From Haliotis rubra (Eukaryota): a stretch of DNA of 64,000 nucleotides. Numbering within the stretch: the stretch's first letter is position 1; every line of letters begins with the position of its first letter. A model generated the notes under the pieces. The model had not been told where the DNA came from and made no database searches. It saw nothing but the letters and a program-made list of their open reading frames with translations. The DNA lies in NCBI RefSeq assembly GCF_003918875.1, contig NW_025767093.1, forward strand, positions 682,001 to 746,000, read 5' to 3'. A program made the position numbers and the translations under genes. Shown in pieces: positions 1 through 12,337 of the stretch.

Positions 1-143
1 TGAACCATTAATTAATGTGTCTCACAACTGGGAGTTCTCACAAATGGGAGGACACCGGCTGCAGTGGGTTAGATTTGGTGCCTGACTCTGAGAGTGATCA
101 TTTTATGAATGGCTTTGTTTGTTAATCACAGGAGTGATTTCAT

Positions 144-477
144 CTGTAACATCTGAAGCTTGTTGTACAGCTGTAACATCTGAAGCTGGTTGTACTGCTG
201 TAACATCTGAAGCTGGTTGTACTGCTGTGACGTCTCAAGCTGGTTGTACTGCTGTAACATCTGAAGCTGGTTGTTCAGCTGTGACATCTGAAGCTGGTTG
301 TACAGCTGTGACATCTGAAGCTGGTTGTACAGCTGTGACATCTGAAGCTGGTTGTACAGCTGTGACATCTGAAGCTGTTGTACAGCTGTAACATCTGAAG
401 CTGGTTGTACAGCTGTAACATCTGGAGCTGGTTGTACAGCTGTAACATCTGAAGCTGGCTGTACAGCTGTGACGTCA
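144..477. repeat. 27-bp minisatellite (CTGTAACATCTGAAGCTGGTTGTACAG), ~12 copies
   Basis: Tandem units read directly; explains the AVTSEAGCT repeat ORFs. Confidence 0.95.
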
Positions 478-1104
478 GAGATAACCACATATTCCATGGG
501 CGGCAAGACAGAGGTGGACAATACATGAATTAATCTCCGAAAACTTATGATGAATAGAACAAGTATATTATTAGTAAGTTATAAGCATAACGGAACTAAC
601 GGAAACACCGGACACCCACACAGTTTGCAACCAGCTGTAGGCGTTAGTTGTTGCCTCATGCAGTTCATCTGTACCTCTGTCATGTAGGAACAGTGACTGT
701 ATCCAGGTGATTGTCTTGTCAGGGACGGAACCAGGATTTATTTCTTAAGTTTGCAAGGTTTTCTTAAATACATTGAATCACATTGCTAATAGTTATGTTC
801 CCGAATATAATACACTTCGTCCACAAACATAAATTATTTGTACACTGGATGTTTTGAAACACATTGTGTGGTGGGTAAAAAATGTTTGGTTCATCTTGGA
901 GGAGGAAAGGAATTGACTTAGAAAAAACTTTTCAACTGCGCGAGATCCTTCCTGTAAATGTGTTCGTTTCCTGTATGAACTTTGACCGAACTGTTCCAGA
1001 AACAAGTGCGTATGCTCCAGTTAAGTTGGTATTTCGTGTTCTTTCATCAGCACAAGATGATGTCGCTTTTCTTTCTAATGTCCCTACGAGACTTAGTGAT
1101 ATTC

Positions 1105-1255
1105 GGGGCGGTCGGGTAGCCTAGTAGATAAAGCGTTCTCTCGTCACGCCGAAGACCCGGGTTCGATTCCCCACATGGGTACAATGTGTGAAGCCCATTT
1201 CCGGTGTCCCCCGTCATGATGTGGCTGGAATATTGCTAAAACCGGCGTCACACTC
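1105..1255 (+). mobile_element. SINE family A (tRNA-derived head)
   Basis: GGGGCGGTCGGGTAGCCTAGT start, B box GGTTCGATTCC, body ATGTGTGAAGCCCATTT..GCTGGAATATTGCTAAAA. Confidence 0.9.
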
Positions 1256-2393
1256 AACACAACACACTGAAGCATTATTGTCCACGACTTTTGTTGTATT
1301 GATATTGATATGCGTCTACACGATATTTCTTTTCTCAAAACAACAATTAGAGCGCATCGCTACATCCCGCACCGGGAGATACAGATAAACACCGGATCCT
1401 GCTCTTATCAAAACACATTCGCAGTAAATTTACGTTTCGACGAAATTAACAATAGTGTTTTCATCAAATGGATATTGACGGATATTGACACCATCCTGGT
1501 ATATATTTCTCCATTGCTTTCGAGATGCGAGTTCTGTGCTTCCTGGTTGAGTCACTCCTCTTCTGATCAACTCACCCCCCTCCACCCACGGTGTTACTAA
1601 ATATAGCTCAGTCTGACGGCTGGAACTGATGCTTAAAAAAAATAATTCTCGATCCTTCACAGGCAGGTGTTTGGGTGGGTGTGTTTTGGCTACATGTTTT
1701 ATACCATTGTTTTGTTTGTTTGTTTCAAGGTTGGTCCACGATATTCAGCTTAGCCAGAGAACCACAAGTCTTTTAGTAAGATAAGTGATACCTTTATCAC
1801 AGAACGTTAACTACTAGCCAACGTGTAACACTACAATGACAGTGACGGCGATGCTACAGATGTTTCAGTATTTAAGTGGATCAATGGGGATACTGTATGC
1901 AGTTACTCGTTTATAGTGTTCGCCAACATACACATGACCTGCGTTCTTGGCCAGCGAGCAAAACAAGCAAAAGTACGACAACACACCACTACGCCATATA
2001 AACAGAACGTGGCCTTTAATCTCTGCGGGACACCCTTTTGATTGCGAAGCCTATTTACTGTACATATAGTCTTCCTGGGGTCGAACCAAGCGGAGACTCC
2101 TGTAGTCAGGTCGGGTATTTCAAGATGACTTCCAGTGTATCCAACACTATATCGCGGATGAATACAGTTTGTACATATATTCCACATACACCATTTTACT
2201 TAATGGTGTAAACTCTACTGTTCAGGAACTGGGTTCTGAACACAGCAGATACCCTGGTTCCCACACCAAACCGAACAATATATTCTTGGCCTCTTTTATT
2301 TATTTCATAATAAAGTCAAGTTGAAACACAACATGACACTGTTCTGTCCTGTCAGTCAACGACTCAGACCTTCATTACCTCGAACTTCCTGAA

Positions 2394-2553
2394 TTGTATT
2401 TATCTCACAACCTGAGGTTGTATTTATCCCACAGCCTGAGGTTGTATTTATCTCACAACCTGAGGTTGTATTTATCTCACAACCTGAGATTGTATTTATC
2501 TCACAACCTGAGGTTGTATTTATCTCACAACCTGAGGTTGTATTTATCTCACA
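2394..2553. repeat. 24-bp minisatellite (TTGTATTTATCTCACAACCTGAGG), ~6.5 copies
   Basis: Tandem units read directly. Confidence 0.95.
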
Positions 2554-4191
2554 ATATCATTCATCTTGTTCTTCAAATTCAAACAGCAATAAGCAGTGTC
2601 TTCAGTGTAAACTGTAGAGCTGACCGGCTATAGCGGGAGGACGAATAACGTCATGTGATTGAGCTGTCATTGTTACCATGACGTCATAATGGTCAGCAAA
2701 GCAATTCTTATATCTATCTACGGTAAAAAAACCCGTATATATGTACTTCCGTGTGAACACAGAATATAACTGAATTCCGTACGAGGAAGGTGTGCGTCGT
2801 ACATTTCTCCCAGTGCACGTTCCCAATACCGAGAATGTGTGACATATCCCAGTTAATTGCCTCCTGTGTAAAGATTTAACATAACTTCTCGTGTAATACA
2901 ATGTATACTGTGCCGTGCGTGGAGCCCTCGCGGCAAGAAGATCAGACGGATATTTTATTACTCAATGTTCAAGTTCCTTTTCGGGAGAGGTAATAAATCT
3001 CGGAGAACATTTGTGTCTTGCCGAGTCACGACCAGTCAATACTTACGTGGCGTGATGTATCGAAGGGGCTGATTGGCTACTGCATATCGCGGCCGTGTAG
3101 GTACCACACCAATGAACATGTCGCCATCGGTGAACCCTCTCACCTACATGTGATGGAGCTATCGTACAACTCAAACATGGTTGTAGGTAGGGTGGTGGCA
3201 ATTGGTGTGTGTGAAGGGTGGTTGAAAGGGGCGAAGGGTGGGGGTTGGGGCGATGTGTGTTGGTGGGGTGGAAAGGGAAGAGGGGGTTGTAGTAGTTGGT
3301 GGGGTAGAATGGGCATGGGTGGGGTCTAGAACGGGGTGGGGTTGAGCTGGAAAGGCAGAGTTGTGGGTGTGCGTGTGTGCGTGCGTACATGCTTGCGTAT
3401 TATAAACATTCGACAGGACCAAGCAAATATATATATATTGAACGGAGCCCCTTCGAAATGGGAGATTCCTGTATAAAGTAAAGACGCAATAAATCCATCC
3501 TTCCAGTTTCAGATAATGGAGGAACACAGGAAGTCAGTATTATTTATTGTAATGTAGTCCAGTGTCACTAAAAACCCTCAAAATGTACAATATAATTCAC
3601 AAAAATGTACAATTTATAATTCACAAAAATGTACAATTTATAATTTGCAAAAAACGTGCAATATATACTCAACAACGACAGTTGTACTAAACTCGTTTTA
3701 CATCCATTTTATTTGAATAATAAGCGAAGATCGCGACGTTATTGATTACAACACACGCCCTGACACTGAATAGCCACAAATTGCGCAATTATTGATTTCT
3801 TTGACTTTTTCAATTGGATAACAGTTACACCTGTGACGTGATGACCATATATGGTCATTTCTTCGGATCGGATCAAGCACAAATAGTACACTTGAGAAGG
3901 TTGTGTGGGGGATTTGAAAGACACAGTGATATGAGGGCTTTGACGGAGTCAGGTATATGGCGTGGGACTGAAACGTCTGATAAGATTGACGGTAGATCTA
4001 CACAAGTGTATGTAGATACATTTACAAGGACCTGAATCGCACACTACTTCCTGCAACGACAGCTGATTACCCGAAACACGTGGCAATCACGCGACGTAGT
4101 GGAATGTGCAGGAGGGTGCCTCGACGAGGACTGATTGTCCCGTTATCTACAATTTAAAACTAGTCGTGCACCATACTTTCTTTACTTCACA

Positions 4192-4339
4192 GGGGCGGTG
4201 GGGTAGCCAAGTGGTTAAAACATTCACTCGTCACGCCGAAGACCCTGGTTCAATTCCCCACAATGTGTGAAGCCCATATCTGGTGTCCAACGCCATGATA
4301 TCGCTAAAAGCGGCGTAAAACTAAACTCACTCCCTCACT
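4192..4339 (+). mobile_element. SINE family A with target-site duplication
   Basis: A/B boxes, CTCA-type tail; TSD CTTTACTTCACA at 4180-4191 and 4340-4351. Confidence 0.92.
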
Positions 4340-4496
4340 CTTTACTTCACACATCCCGAACTTCAATCTTTTGTTTTGGACTTGCAGTGGTTGTACTTGA
4401 TACACGAGCATTTGTATGACGGGCCACCATGCAGGCACGGAGCCGAGATGTTGGACTGAGTCAGGTAGCAGAACGGTTCATAACACATGCAGTACT

Positions 4497-4693
4497 AGAC
4501 TAAGGCTTAGTCTCTGAATATATATAATTTTGATAGTAACAAACAAGCCCATTTATATTGAAAAGGAGCCCTAGGGAGACCAGAGATTCAGAACCTGAAC
4601 CTGAGGAAATCTAGACTTGCTTTATTTAGGGCTTTAGCACTGCAGGGAGGGCTTGGCAGTAGGGAAATTAATGTGGTTCAGGGACTGTGAGAC
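4497..4693. mobile_element. ~190-bp dispersed non-autonomous element, copy 1 (MITE/HINE-like)
   Basis: Collinear with 9471-9655; terminal hairpin AGACTAAG-G-CTTAGTCT and subterminal inverted repeat AGTCTCTGAA/TTCAGGGACT. Confidence 0.6.
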
Positions 4694-5415
4694 AGACTAT
4701 TGCAGTACCAATGCCAACTGGTGCCGAACATTTCAATGTACGTTAACAAAAACCAATATTTCGTCAGCTGGTACAATAACACTTTCTGAAATGACTTTCC
4801 ATGAATAAACATAGTTATATAGCCGTCGTATTAATTGTTAATTAATGTTGTAATTGTAATGCATTGTATTTAAAGAGATTCACTAGAAGTTCATATCATT
4901 CTGTTTTAACAATAAGTAGTTTCAGGAAATGTATTGTTCTCTAATGCCAGCAGTGGTGTGGTCGTTACTGTATTTTGGTGCTGTTGGAGGCAGGTGTAAT
5001 TTGCAATGTTTACCTACACACTAATCCAGCCTAGTGTATGCCCTTCTAGAAGGCGTTTAGACTATAAGTGACAACTGCATGCCTCTCCAATCTCTCATTA
5101 AACCAAGACAAGCGCGACTGTTTGATTTTCACCCCAGATATATAGTCTAAGCCATTTCGAATATGCAAGTATATTTATTGTTAATATTCATCTGAACAAT
5201 AGTTCTTATGTGGCTATGTGGCGTTTTTATTGTGTTTTATTACGTCATGTGTGACGACGTGGCAGACCATAGTGCGGTGGGACGTACATATAAATACGGC
5301 CGGTTCTATTCTGGGATCCCTTAAGTAGGTTTCATACATCTTGTTAGTAATACGTTCAGGATTTCACTCGACTTAAATACTCGGATAAGTATGCACGTGC
5401 ATGTGTCTCAAGCAT

Positions 5416-5535
5416 CCGTCAACCTCCCTACAGAGGATTTAAACTTCACAAGTACCCGTCAACTTCCTTACAGAGGGTTTAAACTTCACAAGTACCCGTC
5501 TACCTCCCTACAGAGGGTTTAAACTTCACAAGTAC
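5416..5535. repeat. 40-bp tandem repeat, 3 copies
   Basis: CCGTCAACCTCCCTACAGAGG.TTTAAACTTCACAAGTAC at 5416, 5456 and 5496. Confidence 0.9.
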
Positions 5536-5787
5536 TGAACGTCAGTAAAGGTTTATTGTTTGATAACATGGCCTCGTTGATGTATGGAACACTTATGTTG
5601 TTAAAACGGTTTATCTACATTTATAATCTTATCGGTAGGTGTGTCGGCAGTCTGATCTGTGTAGTGCAACATGTGGTTGTACCATGCCGCTGTTCACGGT
5701 GTCAAGTGCACTGGGTCATTCGTGCGTATTTTGACTTGGCCACACCTACACACTCACCCAGTTGTCAATGTGCACCCAACGAGATAT

Positions 5788-6502
5788 TCACGGCCGTCTC
5801 CGGTGTAACGCCAGGGTCACGTGACGCATGCAACGCAACGCTTACACAGGGGATGTGACGCCAGGGTCACGTGACACGTGTAACATCACGGCTGCGTCAG
5901 GGATGTAAGGCCAGGGACAAGTCTCACATGTAACGTTACGGCCGCGTCACGGATGTAAGGCCAGGGACAAGTCACACATGTAACTTCAAGGCCACGTCAC
6001 GGATGTTATGCCAGGGACAAGTCTCACATGTAACGTCACGGCTGCGTCACGGATGTAAGGCCAGGGACAAGTCTCACATGTAACGTCACGGCTGCGTCAC
6101 GGATGTAAGGCCAGGGACAAGTCACACATGTAACTTCACGGCTGCGTCACGGATGTTATGCCAGGGACAAGTCTCACATGTAACGTCACGGCTGCGTCAG
6201 GAATGTAAGACCAGAGACAAGTCTCTCATGTAACGTCACGGCTGCGTCACGGATGTAAGGCCAGGGACAAGTCTCTCATGTAACGTCACGGCTGCGTCAC
6301 GGATGTAAGGCCAGTGACAAGTCACACATGTAACTTCACGGCTGCGTCACGGATGTTATGCCAGGGACAAGTCTCACATGTGACGTCACGGCGGCGTCAG
6401 GAATGTAAGGCCAGAGACAAGTCTCTCATGTAACGTCACGGCTGCGTCACGGATGTAAGGCCACTGACAAGTCTCACATGTAACGTTACGGACTCGTCAG
6501 GG
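5788..6502. repeat. 50-bp minisatellite (GCCAGGGACAAGTCTCACATGTAACGTCACGGCTGCGTCACGGATGTAAG), ~14 copies
   Basis: Tandem units; the leftmost units are more diverged. Confidence 0.95.
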
Positions 6503-7286
6503 AACAATACCATGGAAACCAGCTTTCTTTTCCCCTGACAGGGAGATCAGTTGACACAATTCAAACTGTCAAAACGTGGCCCCATTTCACAAAGACGATA
6601 GATAGGAAACAGCGTCGGTAAAGATTAAATATCAAACTTGCATCACAGAAACCTGATCAAGTGTCAGTTATCAGTCGACCTTGACCTATGTCTCCTGTCG
6701 TTTACCTGTCACAGGTAGAATATGACGCCGACCGCACCTGCAATCAAGGTGCTATCTCAGTTGCTAAGGATACTCAAACCTGTGTGATTTTTGTTCTTTG
6801 CACAGACAAATCTTGGACTCTTTAAAGAGGTTGTCGTGACATTTAAATCTTAACCGTCAGTAGAGGACCTACACTCGTATACATTTCTATGAAGGTATAT
6901 TTTTGTTTTGTTTTTTGCGACTTCTTAGTTTCTTGACTCTGACTTGCACAAATCATGATTTTCTTCAGAATCTTTCTAAACGATAGACAGTAATGAATAT
7001 TGCTTGCTTTAAATGTCAGAATATTTGGTAAAATATCCAACTGTTTTATTGTTACTCTATGTCCAAACAGGAACGTAACACGTGCATATATTTCACCCTA
7101 ACTTTCTCTTAACCGACGTGATGTGCGGCAATAAATAACAGTCTTTCTATCACTCACGACGCATTCACACACGCTTTTACAGTTTCAAACTCTTAATGGT
7201 TGGATTATGAATCGTCAGTTTGAGTATTGCTCATTGATAATGTTTTCTTCAGTGTAAGTGAGTGAGTATGGTTTTACGCCGCTTCG

Positions 7287-8732
7287 GGATGTTCATACCA
7301 TTCTCTGGAGGATATGTTCATACGATACTGCTGGAGGATATGTTCATACCATTCTCTGGAGGATATGTTCATACCACTCTGCTGGAGGATATGTTCATAT
7401 ACCATTCTCTGGAGGATATGTTCATACTATACTGTTGGAGGATATGTTCATACCATTCTCTGGAGGATATGTTCATACCATTCTGCTGGAGGATATGTTC
7501 ATACCATTCTCTGGAGGATATGTTCATACCATTCTGCTGGAGGATATGTTCATACCATTCTGCTGGAGGATATGTTCATACCATTCTGCTGGAGGATATG
7601 TTCATACCATTCTGCTGGAGGATATGTTCATACCATTCTCTGGAGGATATGTTCATACCATTCTGCTGGAGGATATGTTCATACCATTCTCTGGAGGATA
7701 TGTTCATACCATACTGCTGGAGGATATGTTCATACCATACTGCTGGAGGATATGTTCATACCATTCTGCTGGAGCTTATGTTCATACCATTCTGCTTGAG
7801 GATATGTTCATACCATTCTCTGGAGGATATGTTCATACCATTCTGCTGGAGGATATGTTCATACCATTCTCTGGAGGATATGTTCATACTATACTGCTGG
7901 AGGATATGTTCATACCATTCTCTGGAGGATATGTTCATACCATTCTGCTGGAGGATATGTTCATACCATTATCTGGAGGATATGTTCATACTATACTGCT
8001 GGAGGATATGTTCATACCATTCTGCTGGAGGATATGTTCATACCATTCTGCTGGAGGATATGTTCATACCATTCTCTGGAGGATATGTTCATACTATACT
8101 GCTGGAGGATATGTTCATACCATTCTGCTGGAGGATATGTTCATACCATTCTCTGGAGGATATGTTCATACCATTCTGCTGGAGGATATGCCCTTCATAT
8201 ACCATTCTGCTGAGGATATGTTCATACCATTCTGCTGGAGGATATGTTCATACCATTCTGCTGGAGGATATGTTCATACTATACTGCTGGAGGATATGTT
8301 CATACCATTCTCTGGAGGATATGTTCATACCATTCTGCTGGAGGATGTGTTCATACCATTCTCTGGAGGATATGTTCATACCATACTGCTGGAGGATATG
8401 TTCATACCATACTGCTGGAGGATATGTTCATACCATTCTGCTGGAGGATATGTTCATACCATTCTGCTGGAGGATATCATTCATACCATTCTGCTGGAGG
8501 ATATGTTCATACCATTCTGCTGGAGGATATGTTCATACCATTCTGCTGGAGGATATGTTCATACCATACTGCTGGAGGATATGTTCATACCATTCTGCTG
8601 GAGGATATGTTCATACCATTCTGCTGGAGGATATGTTCATACCATTCTGCTGGAGGATATGTTCATACCATTCTGCTGGAGGATATGTTCATACCATTCT
8701 GCTGGAGGATATGTTCATACCATTCTGCTGGA
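7287..8732. repeat. 25/26-bp minisatellite (GATATGTTCATACCATTCT[G]CTGGAG), ~55 copies
   Basis: Tandem units; source of the 510-aa and 513-aa pseudo-ORFs. Confidence 0.97.
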
Positions 8733-8742
8733 TTCTGCTTCT

Positions 8743-8992
8743 GTTTGTTTGTTGTTTAACGCCGCGCTCGGCAATATTCCCGCTGTATGACGGGGGATTA
8801 TAAACAATCGACTCTGGACCAGACAATCCAGTGATCTACATCATAAGCATCGACCTACGCAACTGGGATACGATGACGTGTGTCAAACATGTCATCCAGG
8901 ATGTCCACCCGATCACGTCAGTCCCTTTTTACGACAAGCAGGGGTTACTGAAGATCAACTGAAGATCAGTTGTAACCCGGATCTTCACGGGG
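8743..8992 (-). mobile_element. Retroposon family B (no tRNA head), near full length
   Basis: Minus strand reads CCCCGTGAAGATCCGGGTT..GATCTTCAGTAACCCCTGCTTGTCGT..CACTGGATTGTCTGGTCCAGAG..GGAATATTGCCGAGCGCGGCGTTAAAC. Confidence 0.85.
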
Positions 8993-9470
8993 CCTGCTGA
9001 AGTTGACAGCCGAGCAAAACAAAACTTTACATTGAAAATTACATTTGAATGAAAATAGCAACGTTTTCGAAAACAAGGTTGAAAACAGTACCCGAAACAC
9101 CGCACACTTTAGGTCGAAACACAGCTGTCATGTCCGTATGAAATACAGCACCACTGAATAACCATTTTTGTTTCATTCATTTTAGTCATCATCAAACATA
9201 AGTGACTACTTTCGTTTCCCAGCAATTTATTACTTTCGGTTTACCTTATTCATAGCTTGAGGGACGTATGCTTGTCTACCTCGCATGACGTCAGCGTGTC
9301 GTTTTTCCGACAGACGTGGTGTTCTCGGAAGTGTGGGCGGGGAATCCCCACTGTACTCAAAACCCGGAACTCTCCTTATGTCACGTGACAATGACATATA
9401 CGTTTTCTGGCGTGATCTGTGTTCAGCGTTTAATATCCGATCATGAATAATAATGCACTTACTTCTACTT

Positions 9471-9655
9471 TAGATTGAGGCTTAGTCTATGAATATAGAT
9501 AATTTTGATAGTAACAAATAAACCCATTTAAATTGAAAAGGAGCCCAAGCCAGATAGGAAATTCACAGGAAATCTAGACTTGCTTCAACTAGGGCTTTAG
9601 TGTTGTAGGGAGGGCGAGGCAGTAGGGTAAATAATGTGGTTCAGGGACTGAGACT
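9471..9655. mobile_element. ~190-bp dispersed non-autonomous element, copy 2
   Basis: Shares TAATTTTGATAGTAACAAA, GGAAATCTAGACTTGC and AATGTGGTTCAGGGACTG with 4497-4693. Confidence 0.6.
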
Positions 9656-9687
9656 CATTACATCTACTTATGACTGCGTTGGATAGA

Positions 9688-9746
9688 TAGGTGGTCAAAG
9701 CGTTCGCCCGTCATGCCCGGGTTCGAATTCCCACATGGGTACAATG
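9688..9746 (+). mobile_element. SINE family A head fragment
   Basis: GTGGTCAAAGCGTTCGCCCGTCA..CCCGGGTTCGAATTCCCACATGGGTACAATG. Confidence 0.75.
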
Positions 9747-10953
9747 ACAGAAGCAAATTAAATATCTATGTATGATATTATATAGATTTTAATGATAGTG
9801 ATTTTGCGCATTATGATAGAATAACATGTTGCTATTCGTAAGAAACATATGTCCAAATATGAAATGATAGCTCTGACTGAACAATGACGTGATATTGTCT
9901 CTTTTTAATGTCACATGCCAAGCAATGAGTTGTTTAATTTTATTTGGTTTTTAATAATAAAGCATACGTCTTTATGCATAATAACGTCTTATTTATTGCA
10001 TCGAGCGACGTTTCGGTGATGACTTCTAGAATGCCGATGAAACAATTATTTGGTTTTGTTGTTAATGGGTTTATTTTGTGCGTGTGCGTGCGCGTGTGCG
10101 TGTGCTTCTTTTAACCTTTTTTGAAGTAATGGTTTCACGGTGGGTTTTCACAATAGTTTTGTTTTCCTTTTTTTGTTTTTGGGTGGATGTTTTTTTCTTT
10201 CGAACTTTTGACCTGCCACCCAGACAAACCCTGTTCGTTTGACAACTTGTCATGTAAGCAATGGCAGATGGATTGCTGTTAATGATTGGGTTTCAACAAG
10301 GGTACGCACGTCCTGGCGATAGAACAAAGAACCCTTACACAATGAGATGCCATTTTAAACTTTGCCTTGGCAGAAGCGTATATTGGGTTCCGGTGTCAGA
10401 CTGACCCAGGAATTGTGGCATTGTGTGCACTTCCCGTGATGCACTAGTACAGGAAGTACGTTGTCACATTCCGGAAGTTTGTCATATATCATCATGGTGT
10501 TTGCATATCACAGGTTGTGTTTCTGTCAATAAGACCTTGTAACGGCCATCAGACGGCCAGTCTTGACTGGTTTATGACAATTCACGAGGTCACTGTGACC
10601 TCAGTACATCAGTCCAATGTTTTACAGAGCAGCGCCGTTCGAGACTTCCTGATAGCAAAATGCCGTCTGCAGGCTGTACTGTATTGTCATCACTGTCTGT
10701 TGGTGTAGCACGTCATTGTGTGGGCCCGTGTGCGTGCGTGCGTGTGTGTGTGCGTGCGTGCGTGCGTGCGTGCGTGAATGATTGTGTGTGTTTCTGTCGG
10801 GTACGATGACGCAAGAACCACATCTCCGAGTCTGACCATCGCCCCGTTTAGTCGGCTGTTATAGCATACATTACCAGGATCGTTTGGGGTGGCTCATAAT
10901 GGTGTGATGTTTCATCACTGTAACTGGCAGAACATCTTGACATGTTATTTGTC

Positions 10954-11716
10954 GCTGAGCAGTACAGCCGTGACAACATCCTGGTGGTACACGTGGTGCT
11001 GAGCAATACAACCGTGACAACATCCTGGTGGTACACGTGGTGCTGAAGTACAAGTGCTGAGCAATACAGCCGTGACAACATCCTGGTGGTACACGTGGTG
11101 CTGAGCAGTACAGCCGTGACAACATCCTGGTGGTACACGTGGTGCTGAGCAGTACAGCCGTGACAACATCCTGGTGGTACACGTGGTGCTGAGCAGTACA
11201 GCCGTGACAACACCCTGGTGGTAACGTGGTGCTGAGCAATACAGCCGTGACAACATCCTGGTGGTACACGTGGTGCTGAGCAGTACAGCCGTGACAACAT
11301 CCTGGTGGTACACGTGGTGCTGAGCAGTACAGCCGTGACAACATCCTGGTGGTACACGTGGTGCTGAGCAGTACAGCCGTGACAACATCCTGGTGGTACA
11401 CGTGGTGCTGAGCAGTACAGCCGTGACAACATCCTGGTGGTACACGTGGTGCTGAGCAGTACAGCCGTGACAACATCCTGGTGGTACACGTGGTGCTGAG
11501 AAGTACAGCGTGACAACTTCCTTTGTGGTACACGTAGTGCTGAGCAGTGCAGCCGTGACAACATCTTGGTGGTACACGTGGTGCTGAGCAGTACAGCCGT
11601 GACAACATCCTGGTGGTACACGTGGTGCTGAGTACTACAGCCGTGACAACATCCTGGTGGTACACGTGGTGCTGAGCAGTACAGCCGTGACAACATCCTG
11701 GTGGTACACGTGGTAC
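10954..11716. repeat. 44-bp minisatellite (TGAGCAGTACAGCCGTGACAACATCCTGGTGGTACACGTGGTGC), ~17 copies
   Basis: Tandem units; explains three overlapping minus-strand ORFs. Confidence 0.96.
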
Positions 11717-12270
11717 TTGAAGAATGATGTGGAATAAACCAAATTGGCATTTGACGGTCAACTACCAATGCAGGTGTCCCCGTCCTATAGTTAAAACATT
11801 TATCTCCTTCAACATCAAACATATAAAATAACACTAGCTGTCTATTTATCCCATTATATATATGCGATATCAATAGTTGTGACACACGTTTGTTAACTAT
11901 CCCCAACGTTTTCTGAATAGCATATACTGCTGCTGTATTTGTACCGACCCTCCAGCTTGTACTTCCTCCTCGGTGTACTTGTACTTGTAATCCTTTTGTA
12001 GTGAATAGTAAACTTCATTACTTCTACAATACACAGTTAGCATCACATTCCCTCCTGATGTTGGTTCACAAAAGATCTTTTCACGGGCTCTGTCAACTTA
12101 TTGTTTCAACTTGTGAATAAACAAATAACTACGTACACAGAGCATTCCATTTTCTAAATGAGTGTTATTTGGTAATATTCCAATAATATATTTCCCACTG
12201 CCGCGCACACAAAGCACACATTTGTATATATGATATATATTTATAACATATAATGTGCGTGCGTGCGTGC

Positions 12271-12273
<3 letters not shown>

Positions 12274-12334
<61 letters not shown>
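12274..12334. repeat. (GA)n microsatellite preceded by (GCGT)n
   Basis: Read directly. Confidence 0.97.

Positions 12335-12337
<3 letters not shown>

Noticed and set aside
3185-3390. G-rich tract with Pro/Gly-rich ORFs
   Set aside because: Low-complexity sequence; G-quadruplex potential, but no evidence of function or coding
7258-8803. 510-aa and 513-aa ORFs (and similar ORFs at 119-526, 10848-11906, 15025-16146, 17598-19350, 51396-52616 and 52996-53580)
   Set aside because: They are translations of stop-free minisatellites, open in several frames or strands at once, and most have unit lengths or indels that shift frame
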